Assembly: GCA_964016885.1 (NCBI GenBank) | Contig: OZ024742.1 | Span: 175,398,001-175,462,000 of the forward strand | Source of the DNA: Eledone cirrhosa | Taxonomy: Eukaryota | Length of the DNA: 64,000 bases | Direction of reading: 5' to 3' | Part shown: piece by piece, positions 1 to 12,530 of the stretch | Numbering within the stretch: the first letter of the stretch is position 1 | Layout: every line of letters begins with the position of its first letter | Translations under genes and position numbers: made by a program | The notes under the pieces: generated by a model | What the model was told of the DNA's origin: nothing | Seen by the model: only the letters and a program-made list of their open reading frames with translations | The model's database searches: none

Positions 1-603
1 CTGTTTCGTACTGATTGGTAATTTTCAAAGCCAAGTACTCCACCTGTTTGCTGAAAATCATGAATGTTTGATTCTTATAGAATTCTAGTAATAATCAGGA
101 ACTGATTATACAGAACGGTTGCAGGTCAGGCAGAAATTGAAAATTAGAATTGGTGCTCTGAAATAGCGATATATGTATGAATGTATATATAGTGTATTTT
201 GCAATACACTGTATGCTTAATTAAAAGCATCTCGAAGACCTTACATTCATATATATATCGCTATTTCAGAGCACCAATTCTAATTTTCAATTTCTGCCTG
301 ACCTGCAACCGCTCTGTATAATCAGTTCCTGATTATTACTAGAATTCTATAAGAATCAAAAATTCATGATTTTCAGCAAACAGGTGGAGTACTTGGCTTT
401 GATAAGTACCAATCAGTACGAACCAGAGCTCTGTCAGCTTTATCTCCCCTGTTTGCTGAAAATTTAAAGTAAGTGAGACAGTCACTACTCTAAAACAATA
501 GCGTAAGGTCTTCGAAATGCTTTTAATTAAGCATACAGTGTATTGCAAAATACACTATATATACATTCATATATATATCGCTATTTCAGAGCGCCAATTC
601 TAA
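1..603. repeat. Inverted plus partial-tandem repeat, Penelope pLTR-like architecture
   Basis: ~1-185 is the reverse complement of ~243-426; ~145-244 is the reverse complement of ~503-603; 243-283 recurs directly at 563-603. A Penelope ORF remnant lies nearby. Confidence 0.7.
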
Positions 604-886
604 CTTCCATATATATATATATATATATACACATGAAACTGTTTCTTAATCCACCATACTTTGAAATTTCAAAAAACGAGAGCTTGTGAGCATAAAAAAA
701 ACTAGTTTCTTCTATTAACCATTTGATGAAAGGATTTTATCCCTAAATATAGTGACTCATAAAGAACTGCAAGATAACACCCCATCATCATTTTAATATT
801 TTTTAACATTTACCCCTCCACAATTTTCATCCTTATAGCTTTATATATAAACATATATAGATATATATATACATATATATATATAT

Positions 887-1065
887 AATCATCATCATCG
901 TTTAACATCCATCTTCCATGCTAGCATGGGTTAGACGATTTTGTTCCTTTTGATGCGGGAATGGTTGGGAGACTTTGTCTTGCTCATATAGAAGTGTCTC
1001 TGGCAGGTTTTTTTTATAGCTGGATGCCCTTCCTAACACCAACCACATTTACAGTGTGGATGTTT
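887..1065 (-). mobile_element. RTE-type 3' tail / non-autonomous fragment
   Basis: (CAT)n-cgtttaacatccatcttccatgctagcatgggtt...ggatgcccttcctaacaccaacc, the same module as the RTE 3' UTRs in this window; follows a (TA)n tract. Confidence 0.75.
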
Positions 1066-1074
1066 GTGTGTGTA

Positions 1075-2090
1075 TACATAAGAAATGAAGTTATGCATAT
1101 CCATAATAAATGTAGCAAGACAGAGGACCAGCTCACTGACACTGTACACTTCATAGATGTACTGAAGACGAATGGATACCCAACAGACACAGTTATTTGA
1201 CTTAAGAATCGATGGCGCCACAGGCATAAGACCTCCTTTAACACCTGCATCATTAAATTAACTCATTTCAGCGAAAGCATAAACACAGCTATCTGCAGAA
1301 CTATCCGCAAAGAAGAACTGGACATACAATTAGCACACTCCGGCCCTTCAGTGCGATGATACCTGTCTAAAATGCAATCCAGAAATGGTAAGAATCAATG
1401 CCTGCTGATTAGCTGCCCTATCCGCACTACAGGCATGTGCCAGTGGCACATGTGGTATACCAGATTGAATGCAACAAATGTAAGGAGTTCTACTACATTG
1501 GTAGCATGGCTCGAGCATTCCACACTCTCATTACATAACACCTCAACACACACGCATCCTCATTCAAAAAACACATCAGCAAATGTAGAAACATCAACCA
1601 ACATATGACCGTTACTATTAAATCCAGTGATAGAAATGTGAGCAACTTAAGTATTAGGGAAGCCTTGCTAATATGTAGACTCAACCCATAAACAAATAAT
1701 AGATTAGAACTCAGCGCACATTACGTAACATAAACAGACGCACCCACACCAACCAACACAAACTAAACATCCCATACAAAACAAGAAATTTGATTTTGTG
1801 AAATAATATATTGGCAATTGACGTCATTTTCATGAAAAACGTAACAACCATAAAAAACGATTGAAAACGACTTAGAAAAAAATTAAATCAAAATCAAAAT
1901 TTAATCCCAATGAGAGGAAATTGGAACATTATCCACTGAAAGTTCCTTAAACCCTGAAGAAGCGACTTTTAGGTCCCGAAATATTGGACAGAATAAAAAG
2001 AATAACAACAAAAAAAACTAAACAAAGATTACCAGGTAACTTACTTTTCTTTACCTCATCTTACACTCCATTTTGTATTGTTTAGTCTTC
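1075..2090 (+). mobile_element. Penelope-like element remnant (RT C-terminus, GIY-YIG endonuclease, pLTR)
   Basis: LKTNGYP motif; HVVYQIECNKCKEFYYIGS (~1448-1505) GIY-YIG; LSIREALLI; hammerhead-like core at 1951-1990; frameshifted. Confidence 0.8.
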
Positions 2091-2574
2091 TATCTCTTTC
2101 AATGTTATATATAAATATACATATATATATACGTACACACATGCACATATATATGCACACATACACATCATTATGCCACTTTAAATGGAATGACCATGTC
2201 AGCATACAATTTTTTTTATTTTTTTTATTTGCATATACTATAATAAAGTATTTAACGTATAATAAATAATCTCACAAATGTAGTCAACCTCATGTTGAAA
2301 GAATTAATTAAGTGTTGATACAATTACATTGCATTTTTTTTATTTCTGTGAAGAAGAAAAAATACAAGAAAAAAATTAATGAAAACTATTTGGGCATTAA
2401 AAGATAAATAAATTGATCTGCACCAGCTTGTCTGGGAAAATCATAATAAAACAATAAATAAGAACAAAAATCAAATATTAGAAAAATTAATACTTCACTA
2501 GACAAATATAGTTTTTGAAAAATAGCTTTCAATTTTATGTAAAATATTTCCATATTTTTAAAATTCTTTTATAT

Positions 2575-2660
2575 TAGTTTCAATCATTGGACTGCAGCCA
2601 TGTTGGGGAAGCACCTTAACTCTTTTGAAAGTTTTTTTTTGTTATGGTATTTATATTTAT
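2575..2660. mobile_element. SINE-like fragment (family with tttcagtcattggactgcggccatgctgg end)
   Basis: Same motif recurs at ~8245-8350, 12398-12525, 37150-37260, 53410-53530 and 61200-61320. Confidence 0.55.
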
Positions 2661-3301
2661 CTAAAAACCATCTTAATTTCTATGTAAGTACATATGTAAA
2701 GAGATTTAATCACATCCACCCAAATAGCTATATGTTTGGTACAATTTTGTTTTTGTCAAATCACAAAGCTACAAGACATAAAGTATCAGAATATAATTTG
2801 TGATTGCATTTAGGAACTTTAACTGTAAAGAGATGAGAACAAGCTGCAAATCTGGTACTCCATTTAAACTGTGGATGACAAGGCAACAAATGGGATAGCT
2901 TTGCACACATATATTTGCATTTGATTTCTTTGCACACACATATATATATATACAGTGGCGGCTGTGTCTAAAAATGTTGGTTGCCAGGAAATAAATGGAG
3001 CCCACCCAGATATAGAATGCTATCATTTAATTTTTATAATGAATAAATAACATTTTAAAAAAATACATAATTAAAAACAGTGAAATCAAATTTTTGCGTA
3101 AATAAATGTGTATTTTTTACTAATTATAAGTGTGTATATACTATACATATTACTGCAGTATACAGTAATACTAAATGTTAATACAGAATGTTATAATTGA
3201 ATTTTTAAATTGTGAATATATAGTATACTGTTATTTAGAGTAAAGTATGCAAGTGACCATTCTTATCTTCTCCAATAAATGGTATAAACATCCAGAGTTT
3301 C

Positions 3302-3660
3302 AATAATGATTTCTACTTTAGGCACAAGGCCAGAAATTTTGGGGGAGGGGAAAGTCGATTAAATCGACCCCAGCATGTTACTGGGGCTTTATATTATCGA
3401 CCCCGTAAGGATGAAAGGCAAAATTAACCTCGGCGGGATTTGAACTCAGATCGTAAAGGGCCATGCTGCAAAGAATGGTGTCCGATTCTCTACTGATACT
3501 GCCAATCCACCGCCCGAGAGACTTTCAATAATTGTTTCTTCTTTTTGGCACAAGGCCAGCAATTACCAAGTGCATTACTGGTACTTTATTTTATCAACCC
3601 CGTAAGGATGAAAGGCAAAGTTAACCTCGGCGGGATTTTAACTCAGAATGGCAAGGGCGT
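3302..3660 (-). mobile_element. Two tandem copies of a tRNA-derived SINE (family S1)
   Basis: Minus strand: A-box-like tggcagtatcagt, B-box gagttcaaatcc, core gcctttcatccttacggggtcgataa, tail ccttgtgcctaaagtagaaatcattatt. Confidence 0.8.
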
Positions 3661-3932
3661 AACTCTATGTGTCAAAGCATGGCGTCTGACCCTCGGTCTT
3701 TCACACTCACTCAATATATATATCTGGGAGTGTGTGTATGTGTGTACATGTACATATGTATAGATTTATATATATGTATACATACATGTTTTCAACTTGC
3801 ACAAACATTATTTGGCGACTCATTCTCCCCAGGAACTTTAGACTGAAGAACTGACCACTAATTGACTTTACATATGTCTTTAACCCATTGATATCAAAAA
3901 TTATTTGGCCAGCAGCTCTTGTGTATGTGTAA

Positions 3933-3964
<32 letters not shown>

Positions 3965-4315
3965 TTATGTATGTATGCATGAATGCATACAGTAAGCCAG
4001 TGATTCTAACTGTTAGCACTACTATATATTTTGGATTCTATTAATTCCCAAGAGAATAGTTTAACCAAATGCTTGGCTTATTTGTTTATTTATTTTAAAA
4101 AATGTTTTATTCTTTCTGGGAGGCATTTTGTAAAAGATATTTTTTTAAAGCAAAGCATTGGCCCTTAAAATACTACAGTGGGCTCCTGCAATGCTACCAT
4201 AGCCCCCTGTCGTGCTAGTGTGGGTCGTCTGGAGCACACTTGCCTTTGGGCAACTAGCCAGTACACCACTGTATATTATTTATATATTTATCTATATATA
4301 TCTATATATATATAT

Positions 4316-5694
4316 CATCATTATCATCATCATCATCAATGTTTAACGTACGCGTTCCACGCTTGCATGGGTTTGGGCGGGAGTAGTCCCACTTGAGGCA
4401 AGAGTGATTGTCTTGCTCGCATAGGACTGTCTGGCAGGTTTTCTACAGTTGGATGCCCTTCCTAACACCAACCACATTTACAGTGTGGGTCTGGGAGGTT
4501 TTTACCGTGTTGCCTACACGGCCACATTACAGCGTGGACTGTGTGTTTTTTTGTCGTGACACCTACACGATCTCATTTGTTTCGGCCTGGATGGCGCGGC
4601 ACCAACATAACTTTACATAGAACGGGGTGGTGTGGATGGGGTGGGGGTGGTGGCGGGACGGGGTGTATTTTGTTAGAGATGCCTACTGGCAAGGCGGGTC
4701 TTCTCTGTTACTGAGTACCGCCAAAGGTCTCGGTCCAGTGACATTGTCTTGGAGAGGTGTAAGTGTGTGATGTCGGAGTTTATCAGCTCGTCCCATGTTT
4801 TTCTAGGTCTGCCTATTCCGTGGCTACCGTCTATCTTTATTGCCCTGCACTTTGTTATACAGCTATCGACTTTCATGCGCATCACGTGTCCATACCAACG
4901 TAGCCTTCTCTCGAGTAAACAACATCTGATCCCTCTTATCTCTAATTTTTTCCTTAGTTCATTTATGCTTTGCCGTTCACGTATATTACTGTTACACATC
5001 CAGTGGAGCATGCAAGCTTCGTTCCTCTCTAGTCTGCGTATATCCTCTGCACACAATGCCCAGGTCTCACTACCATGCAACATTGCTGTTCGTATGCAGG
5101 CATCGTACAACCTGCCTTTCATTTTTAGGGAGAACCCTTTAGCAGCTAATAGTGGTATAAGCTCTCTGAACTTTTTCCAACCAGTTCTGACTCTAGCTAC
5201 AGTACTTTCAGAGCACCCTCCCCCACTGCTGATTTTATCGCCCAGGTAACGGAAGCTGTCCACTATTTCTATAGAACCCTCTGCGCAATTGAAAGAGCTA
5301 GTATTTTGTGGGCACTTGCTGCTACTTATTGCACCAGAACACCGGCCACATGTAAAATCTATGTTCTTAGTTAGCTTACCTGTGATCCCACTACATCTTT
5401 TATGCACCCATACTTTGCATTTAGGACATAAAATGGAGTTTCTACCTACGCCTTTCCTACACACCGAGCACGACCATTTCCCAGAAGGGACCTCCGCCTT
5501 GTTTTCTTTCCTACAAACTAGAACTTTGGTCTTAGCCAGGTTAATTTTAAGTCCTTTTGACTCTAGGCCATGCTTCCATGTTTGGAATTTCTTCTCTAGC
5601 TCGGCCATTGATTCCGCTATGAGTGTCAGGTCGTCTGCGTATAGGAGTTCCCATGGGCAGCCTGTCTTGAACTCCTCTGTTATAGCCTGAAGGG

Positions 5695-5699
<5 letters not shown>
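4316..5699 (-). mobile_element. RTE-clade LINE family A, 5'-truncated (RT C-half, PHD finger, 3' UTR, (GAT)n tail)
   Basis: ORF 4673-5608 downstream of LLYADD; FRYLG, MLHGSETW, RRLRWYGHV; near-identical to 41139-42520; flanked by (TA)n. Confidence 0.92.
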
Positions 5700-5729
<30 letters not shown>

Positions 5730-5733
<4 letters not shown>

Positions 5734-6711
5734 ACTAGCCCATTCCATTTCACAGATGGTTCTATAGAAATAGTGGACACCTTCCGTTACCTGGGTGACA
5801 AAACCAGCAGTGGTGGAGGGTGCTCTGAAAGTACAGTAGCTAGAGTCAGAACGGGATGGAAAATATTCAGAGAGCTTATACCACTATTGGCTGCTAAAGG
5901 GTTCTCTCTAAAAATGAAAGGCAGACTGTATGATGCCTGCATGCGAACACAATGTTACATGGCAGTGAGACTTGGGCATTGTGTGCAGAGGTTATACACA
6001 GACTGAAGAGGAACGAAGCTTGCATGCTCTGTTGGATGTGTAATAGTAATATACGTGAACGGCAAAGCATAAAGTGAGAAATTAGGAATAAGAGGCATCA
6101 GATGCTGTTTACTCAAGAGAAGACTACGTTGGTATGGTCACGTGATGCGCATGAGAGACGACAGCTGTATAAAAATGTGCAGGGCGATCAAAATAGACGG
6201 TAGCCACGGAGTAGGCAGACCCAGAAGAACCTGGGACAACTTGATAAATTCCGACCTCACACACTTAGGCCTCTCCAAGACAATGTCACTGGACCATGAT
6301 CTTTGGCGCTACACAGTAATACAGAAGACCCGTCTTGCCTAAGTGCAAAGCGAAACCTACAGTCAGTAGGCACCTCTTACCAAAATACACCCCCATCCAC
6401 ACCACCCCCTTTCGATGTAAAGTTATGTTGGTACCACAACATCCAGTCATAAATAAATGAGTTCGTGTAGGTGTCACAACAAAAAATCACACAGTCCACG
6501 CTGTAATGTGGCCATGTAGGTAACACGGTAAAAACCTCCCAGTCCACACTGTAAATGTGGTTGGTGTTAGGAAGGGCATCCATCCGTAGAAAACCCACCA
6601 GAGAGTCCTATACGAGCAAGACAACCAATCTTGCCGCAAGTGGGAAAATTCCAGTCCAAACCCATGCAAGCGTGGAAGATGGACGTTAAACGATGATGAT
6701 GATGATGATGA
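5730..6711 (+). mobile_element. RTE family A 3' fragment, head-to-head with the previous copy
   Basis: FRYLGDK...GRPRRTW...KTRLA, 3' UTR and ggacgttaaacgatgatgat tail. Confidence 0.9.
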
Positions 6712-6713
6712 TA

Positions 6714-7370
6714 TCATCATCATCATCACCATTTAATGTCAATTTTTCCACACTGGCATGGGTTAGACGAGTTATCCTATTGGGAACAATGGTAGGGAAG
6801 GTGACCATGTCACACTCATACAAACCCGATTTTAGCTGGATGCCATTCTTAGCGCCAACCTCATTTACAGTGAGTACTGGGTGCCTACATGACCACTTTA
6901 CAGTGTGGGCTGGGCGCTTTTTGTCATGTTGCCATCACAACCAATTTACAGTGTGGGCTGGAGGCTTCACTGGATGTATGTATGGGGTTGGGTGGGGTGG
7001 TGCATATATTATATGCTTCATCTTTGGATTGAGCCCATGGGATGTCGGGTCTTCTGTATTACTGCGTAATGCCAGATATCCCGGTCCTGTGTCATCATCT
7101 TTGAGAGGTGAAATTTGGCAAGGTCACCCTATCCCAGGTCTTCCTGGGTCTCCCCACTCCATGGCTTCCATTGACTGAGCATTGCACACCTTTATATACA
7201 GCTGTTATCCTTCATACTCATGACATGTCCACACCAGCACCATCTTCTCTCCTACACATTGCATCTGATTCTTCTTATGCCTAGTTTCTCTCTCAGTAAG
7301 CTTATGCTTTGCAGTTCACATAGATTACTATTACATACATATCCATCAGAGCATGCAAGATTCATTGCAA
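6714..7370 (-). mobile_element. RTE family C 3' fragment, tail-to-tail with the previous copy
   Basis: (CAT)n tail, ggatgcc..cc..accaacc UTR motif, degenerate RT C-terminus; related to 39726-40637. Confidence 0.75.
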
Positions 7371-7699
7371 CACACATACACACACACACACATATATATA
7401 TATATTGCATGGTAGTGAGTCTTGGTCACTGTGTACAGAGGTCCTGTGTAGATTGGAAAGGAATGAAGCTTGAATGCTTATATATATATATATATACACA
7501 TATACAGGATTCCACACAGTTTTCATCAACCAAATTCCATTTACAAAGCATTGATCAACATGAAGCTATAATATAGAAGATACTTGCTCAAGTTTCCATG
7601 CAGTACCATAATTGTGAGTGAACTCATTAACCACACAATCATGCCAGATTGCCTGGAAAAATGTTTAAATCATATAAAAGACTTTACTACTCCAATAAT

Positions 7700-7863
7700 T
7701 GTTTCTACATTTGGCACAAGGCCAGCAATTATCCAGTACATTACTGGTACTTTATTTTATCGACCCCGTAAGGATGAAAGGCAAAGTTAACCTCGGCGGG
7801 ATTTGAACTCAGATCGTAAAGGGACGTAACTATGCTGGAAAGCATGGCGTCCGACTCTCTACC
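7700..7863 (-). mobile_element. SINE S1 with 15-bp TSD
   Basis: TSD tactactccaataat at 7685-7699 and 7864-7878. Confidence 0.85.
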
Positions 7864-8013
7864 TACTACTCCAATAATCACATGTAGTTTTATGTCAAAT
7901 ATTTCCATTAAAAACAAATTGTTTTGAACTTGTACTGTTTACTGCTTAATAATTGCAGTATTGTTTGTTTGATATGATCATATATGTGGCTTAGTTAAAA
8001 TCATTATTCTTCT

Positions 8014-8220
8014 GGATTGGCAGTATTGGTAGAGGGCAGACGCCATGCTTTGCTGCATAGAGTTACGGCCTTTTATGATCTGAATTCAAATCCCACCGAG
8101 GTTAACTTTGCCTTTCATCCTTACGGAGTCGATAAAATAAAGTACCAGTCACGAACTGGGGTCGATTTAATCGACTTACCCCTCCCCCAAAATTGCTGGC
8201 CTTGTGCCTATATAAGAAAT
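8014..8220 (+). mobile_element. SINE S1, near full length, with TSD
   Basis: A/B-box head, core, tail ccttgtgcctatataagaaatc; (aaatc)attattcttct on both sides (7998-8013, 8217-8232). Confidence 0.85.
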
Positions 8221-8932
8221 CATTATTCTTCTATCCAGTAAGTGATTTCTAATTAGATTGCAGCCATGCTGGGGCACCACCTAAAAGGTTATAGTTAACA
8301 ATATTGAGGCCAATACATATCTTTTCAAGTCTGGTATTTATTTTATCAATTACTTTCTTGTTGAATTGCCAAGTTACAGAACATGAACATAGACAAGGAC
8401 CCACCAGCAGTACCACTCATATGTGTGTGAGTGTCTGTAGCAAAATGGGCAACAGGCACAATAACTCCTAGCCATTGAAATGGAAGTATTCAGTTTTGAC
8501 TCTTACTGACACTACAGAGGCAACCAAAGTAATCAAAGGCTGTCCCAAAGCTTCTTACAAGATGAAAATGAAACATAACTTGCATGAAATTACATGGCAG
8601 AGACAAAATATGTATATAATTGAATGTACATTTAAATAGAAGAATGTGGGATGAAGCTAGTGAATTAGACATATGGAGACAAAAACAGTGTAAGTGTTAC
8701 ATAAAGAGAAAAAAGTGAACTGGTAGTAGTAGCCACATTGGAACAGCATGAAAAACACCAAGATGAAAGAATGAGATAATAGTGTCACTTGAGAGATGAG
8801 AAGAATGGTTAAGATTAAAATAGTGAACAACTCAACAAAAGAAGAGGAAGGGGCCAGAGCTGAGGCAGATAAGATTACAAAATTAGCAACCAAATTTCAC
8901 TCACATAGACTTGGTCAACTCAAGGTTATAAT

Positions 8933-9113
8933 TGTTTCTATTTTGGCACAAGGCCAGCAATTACCCAGTACATTACTCGTACTTTATTTTATCGACTCCG
9001 TAAGGATGAAAGGTAAAGTTAACCTCGGCGGGATTTGAACTCAGTCCGTAAAAGGACGTAACTGTGCTGCAAAGCATGGCATTCGCCCCGCTACCGATAC
9101 TGCTAATAATACC
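8933..9113 (-). mobile_element. SINE S1 with 12-bp TSD
   Basis: TSD caaggttataat on both sides. Confidence 0.8.
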
Positions 9114-9371
9114 CAAGGTTATAATGGCAGATCATTTTCTAAGATACTATGATTTAGTGGGAGTGAACATGCAACTGTATGGTGAAGTAAACCTTTTAAT
9201 CAGGCCTCTACCTATACATTATGAGTAGAGCTTTTACATTATATCATTATGTAAGTTGTCGTATTATACATAAGTAAATTTATCACAAATTTATATAATA
9301 TATCAATTAAAAGTGATTGCTAAAATAATCTCATTCATAGAAGTAAATACATATAGAACATCTTATACAAA

Positions 9372-9678
9372 ATCACAAGCATCTTTATCTAGGGATATAC
9401 TCCTAGGCAAGCAACCTAAAGCAAAAGTCTTCATCATGTTCCCTTGTGGTTTGATGAACAACAGACACATTTCTCTTAACAGGTATTTATTTATTTTTCT
9501 CATACCTTAGAGAAAGACCCTCTGATGATATATCCTTCCTTTAACGGTAGTCATATCAATCTAATGGAATGGTTTTCATTATTCTTTGGTATTGAAACTG
9601 CAGTAGGGGAACTTAGTGAAGCCTCTTCCTTGAGGTTGCTTGACTAGGAATATATCGCTAAGGTAAGATGCTTGTGAT
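9372..9678. mobile_element. Short element with ~46-bp inverted termini and an internal hammerhead-like core
   Basis: atcacaagcatctt...caagcaacct / aggttgcttg...aagatgcttgtgat; CTGATGA at 9522 and GAAACTGCAGTA at 9594. Confidence 0.65.
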
Positions 9679-9762
9679 GTGTTATTTTAGATTATTTTAC
9701 TGTGATCTAGCCCTCAGTGATTTTTAAAAGATGCTCTCTCTCTCACTCTCTCTCCTCTCTCA

Positions 9763-9800
<38 letters not shown>

Positions 9801-9801
<1 letters not shown>

Positions 9802-9979
9802 AACCTCCCAGTCCACACTGTAAATGTGATTGGTGTTAGGAAGGGCATCCAGCCGTAGAAAACCTGCCAGACAGTCCTATACGAGCAAGACAACCAATCT
9901 TGCCTCAAGTGGGAAAACTCCCGTCCGAACCCATGCAAGCGTGGAAGATGGACGTTAAACGATGATGATGATGATGATG

Positions 9980-9980
<1 letters not shown>
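9801..9980 (+). mobile_element. RTE family A 3' UTR stub inside (TA)n
   Basis: Matches 6530-6711; (TA)n on both sides. Confidence 0.85.
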
Positions 9981-10010
<30 letters not shown>

Positions 10011-10299
10011 TATTTGGGGAGAGTCATATTGTTGTAATATTGCCAGAAATGATAATAAAGCACACTCACTGTTTGGTTTGGATTGGTTTTCACTGCAAAA
10101 GATTGATGTCTCTCTATGCACTCCCACCAACCATCACCAACTCCAAATGTCTATTCATGGCCTCTTGGGTGGCTTTAAAGTCCAGTATCAGATCTGCACA
10201 GTCTGCAGTAAATGTGACAGACAAAAGATGTGCCCTCTACTGGATTGATTAGGTCAGTTTGTGGGATGTCATTCTTATGTACCCTAATATACATTATAA

Positions 10300-11768
10300 G
10301 ACCAGAGATTGATTTTCAGATCTTCTTGCACACCTCACATGTTGTCTCACTTAGCATTGGAGGGACAGAGCAGCATATAGTTGGCTTTTTATTGATTTTA
10401 AATGATTGATGTCTCCAGATTTGGAGAGCAGTAAACGACCACACAATTCACAAATCCAGCTCCTTATGTTCTTATTGAGGTTCATACTGTGACCTTTTCA
10501 AAGCTGACGTTTAAGTTGTTCATGGTCAAGGCATCTCTCTTCAAACATTCTGCAGCCTTCCTTCACATGTCCTCTCTATTTACTCCTCTTTAAAGCAAGC
10601 ACTTGCCAGTTCTGAACTTCAAACTCTAGATCTTTAAGGTTGTTTTTTATACAATCCTTATGTCTTTTTCTTGGTTTGTGCTGAGGGCATTTCCCAGTGT
10701 GAAATTGACTGTAAAATAGTTGCTTTGGGAGTCTTTCCTCATTTATGTTCATAACATGACCTATCCAATGCATTTGAGAGGATATGATGGTAGATTCAAT
10801 GTTTGTGCAAACAGCATCTATAAGGATTCGTGTGTCAGGTATTTTTTGTTGTCATTTGATGTGTAGGATTCGTCTTAAACACTTTTGATTAAAGTATTGA
10901 AACAAATTAAGGTGTCTACGATGTACTTCCCACGTTTTCGAAGAGTACAACAGACCACTCAACATGCAGGGCTTGTACACACTAATCTTGGTCTTGATAT
11001 TCATGCCATGATCTACCCACACTCTCTGTTCAAGGCTAGAGAGGCCGTATTTCTACATCCAGTGAACCATCCTTTGATAATGCACTACCAAGTTAAACAA
11101 AAGTGTCCATTACACCTAACCTAGTTCCATGCACCATTATATTTGGCTCAAAATAGGCTTCCCTTTGTAATGGGGTGAACATTACCTTGGTCTTTTTTAG
11201 ATTAATTTTCATGTCAAAGGTATTACAAGAAGCTGCAAAGCAATCCATGATGAGTTGCATGTCATCTTGAGAGTGAGCCAGAAAATCAATATCGTCTTCA
11301 TGCAGGAGTTCTCTAATTAATACTTGGAATAGCTTGGATTTGAAATTGAACCTTCTTAGGTCAAAGATCCTTCCAGTAGTTTTAACTTGTAATAGAACAC
11401 CCTTTGTGCAGTCCTGGAATGCATGAGTCAGCATCACAGCAAAATATATTTTAAACAGTGTGGGAGCCGGGATATCTCCCTGCTTCATGCCATTATCAAC
11501 TGGGATTTCATTGGACAATTCCCAATTCAAGACAACCTGGGCCTTAAGATTTCTGTGCAGTAGGACAAACATATCAATAAACTCTGGTAGGCACCCTATT
11601 TCCCTAATATTTTCCACAGTGCATCTCTTTTCACCATATCAAAGCCTTTGTCAAAAATCTGATATAGAGGAACCCGCTGCTTAATACATTTCTCCTGTAT
11701 CTGCCTTGTAGAGATCATATCAATTGGCATATATATATATATACATACACACACATACATACATAAAT

Positions 11769-11803
<35 letters not shown>

Positions 11804-11960
11804 CATATATATATATAATTTTAAAAAACACATGGGACAAATACAAGAAGACACAAGCCCATGGACAATTCCCATACATTGGCTGTCTTCTGAGAATCAT
11901 TATAGTTTTGGATGCTTCCAAAGACTGGACTATTCACCATCAGTGCATCAATCATATCTA
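10300..11960 (-). mobile_element. Degenerate RTE/BovB-like LINE
   Basis: GMKQGDIPAPTLF, RELLHEDD (YADD equivalent), INLKKTKVM, WIGHV..RLPKQLFYSQ; interrupted by a microsatellite at ~11730-11820. Confidence 0.8.
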
Positions 11961-12530
11961 ATGGAAGATAGTTATTTAGAATGTATATATAAATACATAT
12001 ATACACATATATAGATATACATATTGACTATAAATATATACGTATACATATTGTATATATACATATACATATTGTATATACACATAAATATGTGAGAGAC
12101 AGAGAAAGATATTTTTAGGTTGCCTCTCATATCCAAATCAGAACAATATTACCATGTACTGCAATTGTGTTAACAACAGCCATTTATTTTCAGGGTTTCT
12201 GAAATCAATTCATCAAGATGATTTTTATCAAGGAATCAATCATTTATATATTTACTGTAGTTGCGTTATGATTAGTAATTATCTCTCTCTACTGGCTGAC
12301 ATAGAACAATGAAGAAGTATGGGAATCACAAACATATATAGATCTCATAAAAAATTGATTTTTCTATTGCAACTATTAGATATAACAGCAATAAAATTCT
12401 TTTATTCTTTTACCGGTTTCAAGCATTCAACTGTGGTCATACTGGGGCACTACTGACAAATGGATTTAGTTAGTCACAGTCTACTACATCAGTACTAGTT
12501 CTCAAGTCTGGTATTTAATTTATCTTTATA

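Noticed and set aside
4174-4273. TA-flanked mini-MITE (cagtgg...ccactg)
   Set aside because: Only a 6-bp inverted match and a single copy.
4749-5690. Long antisense ORFs over RTE and Tx1 RT regions
   Set aside because: Stop-poor reverse frames of coding sequence; no independent motifs.
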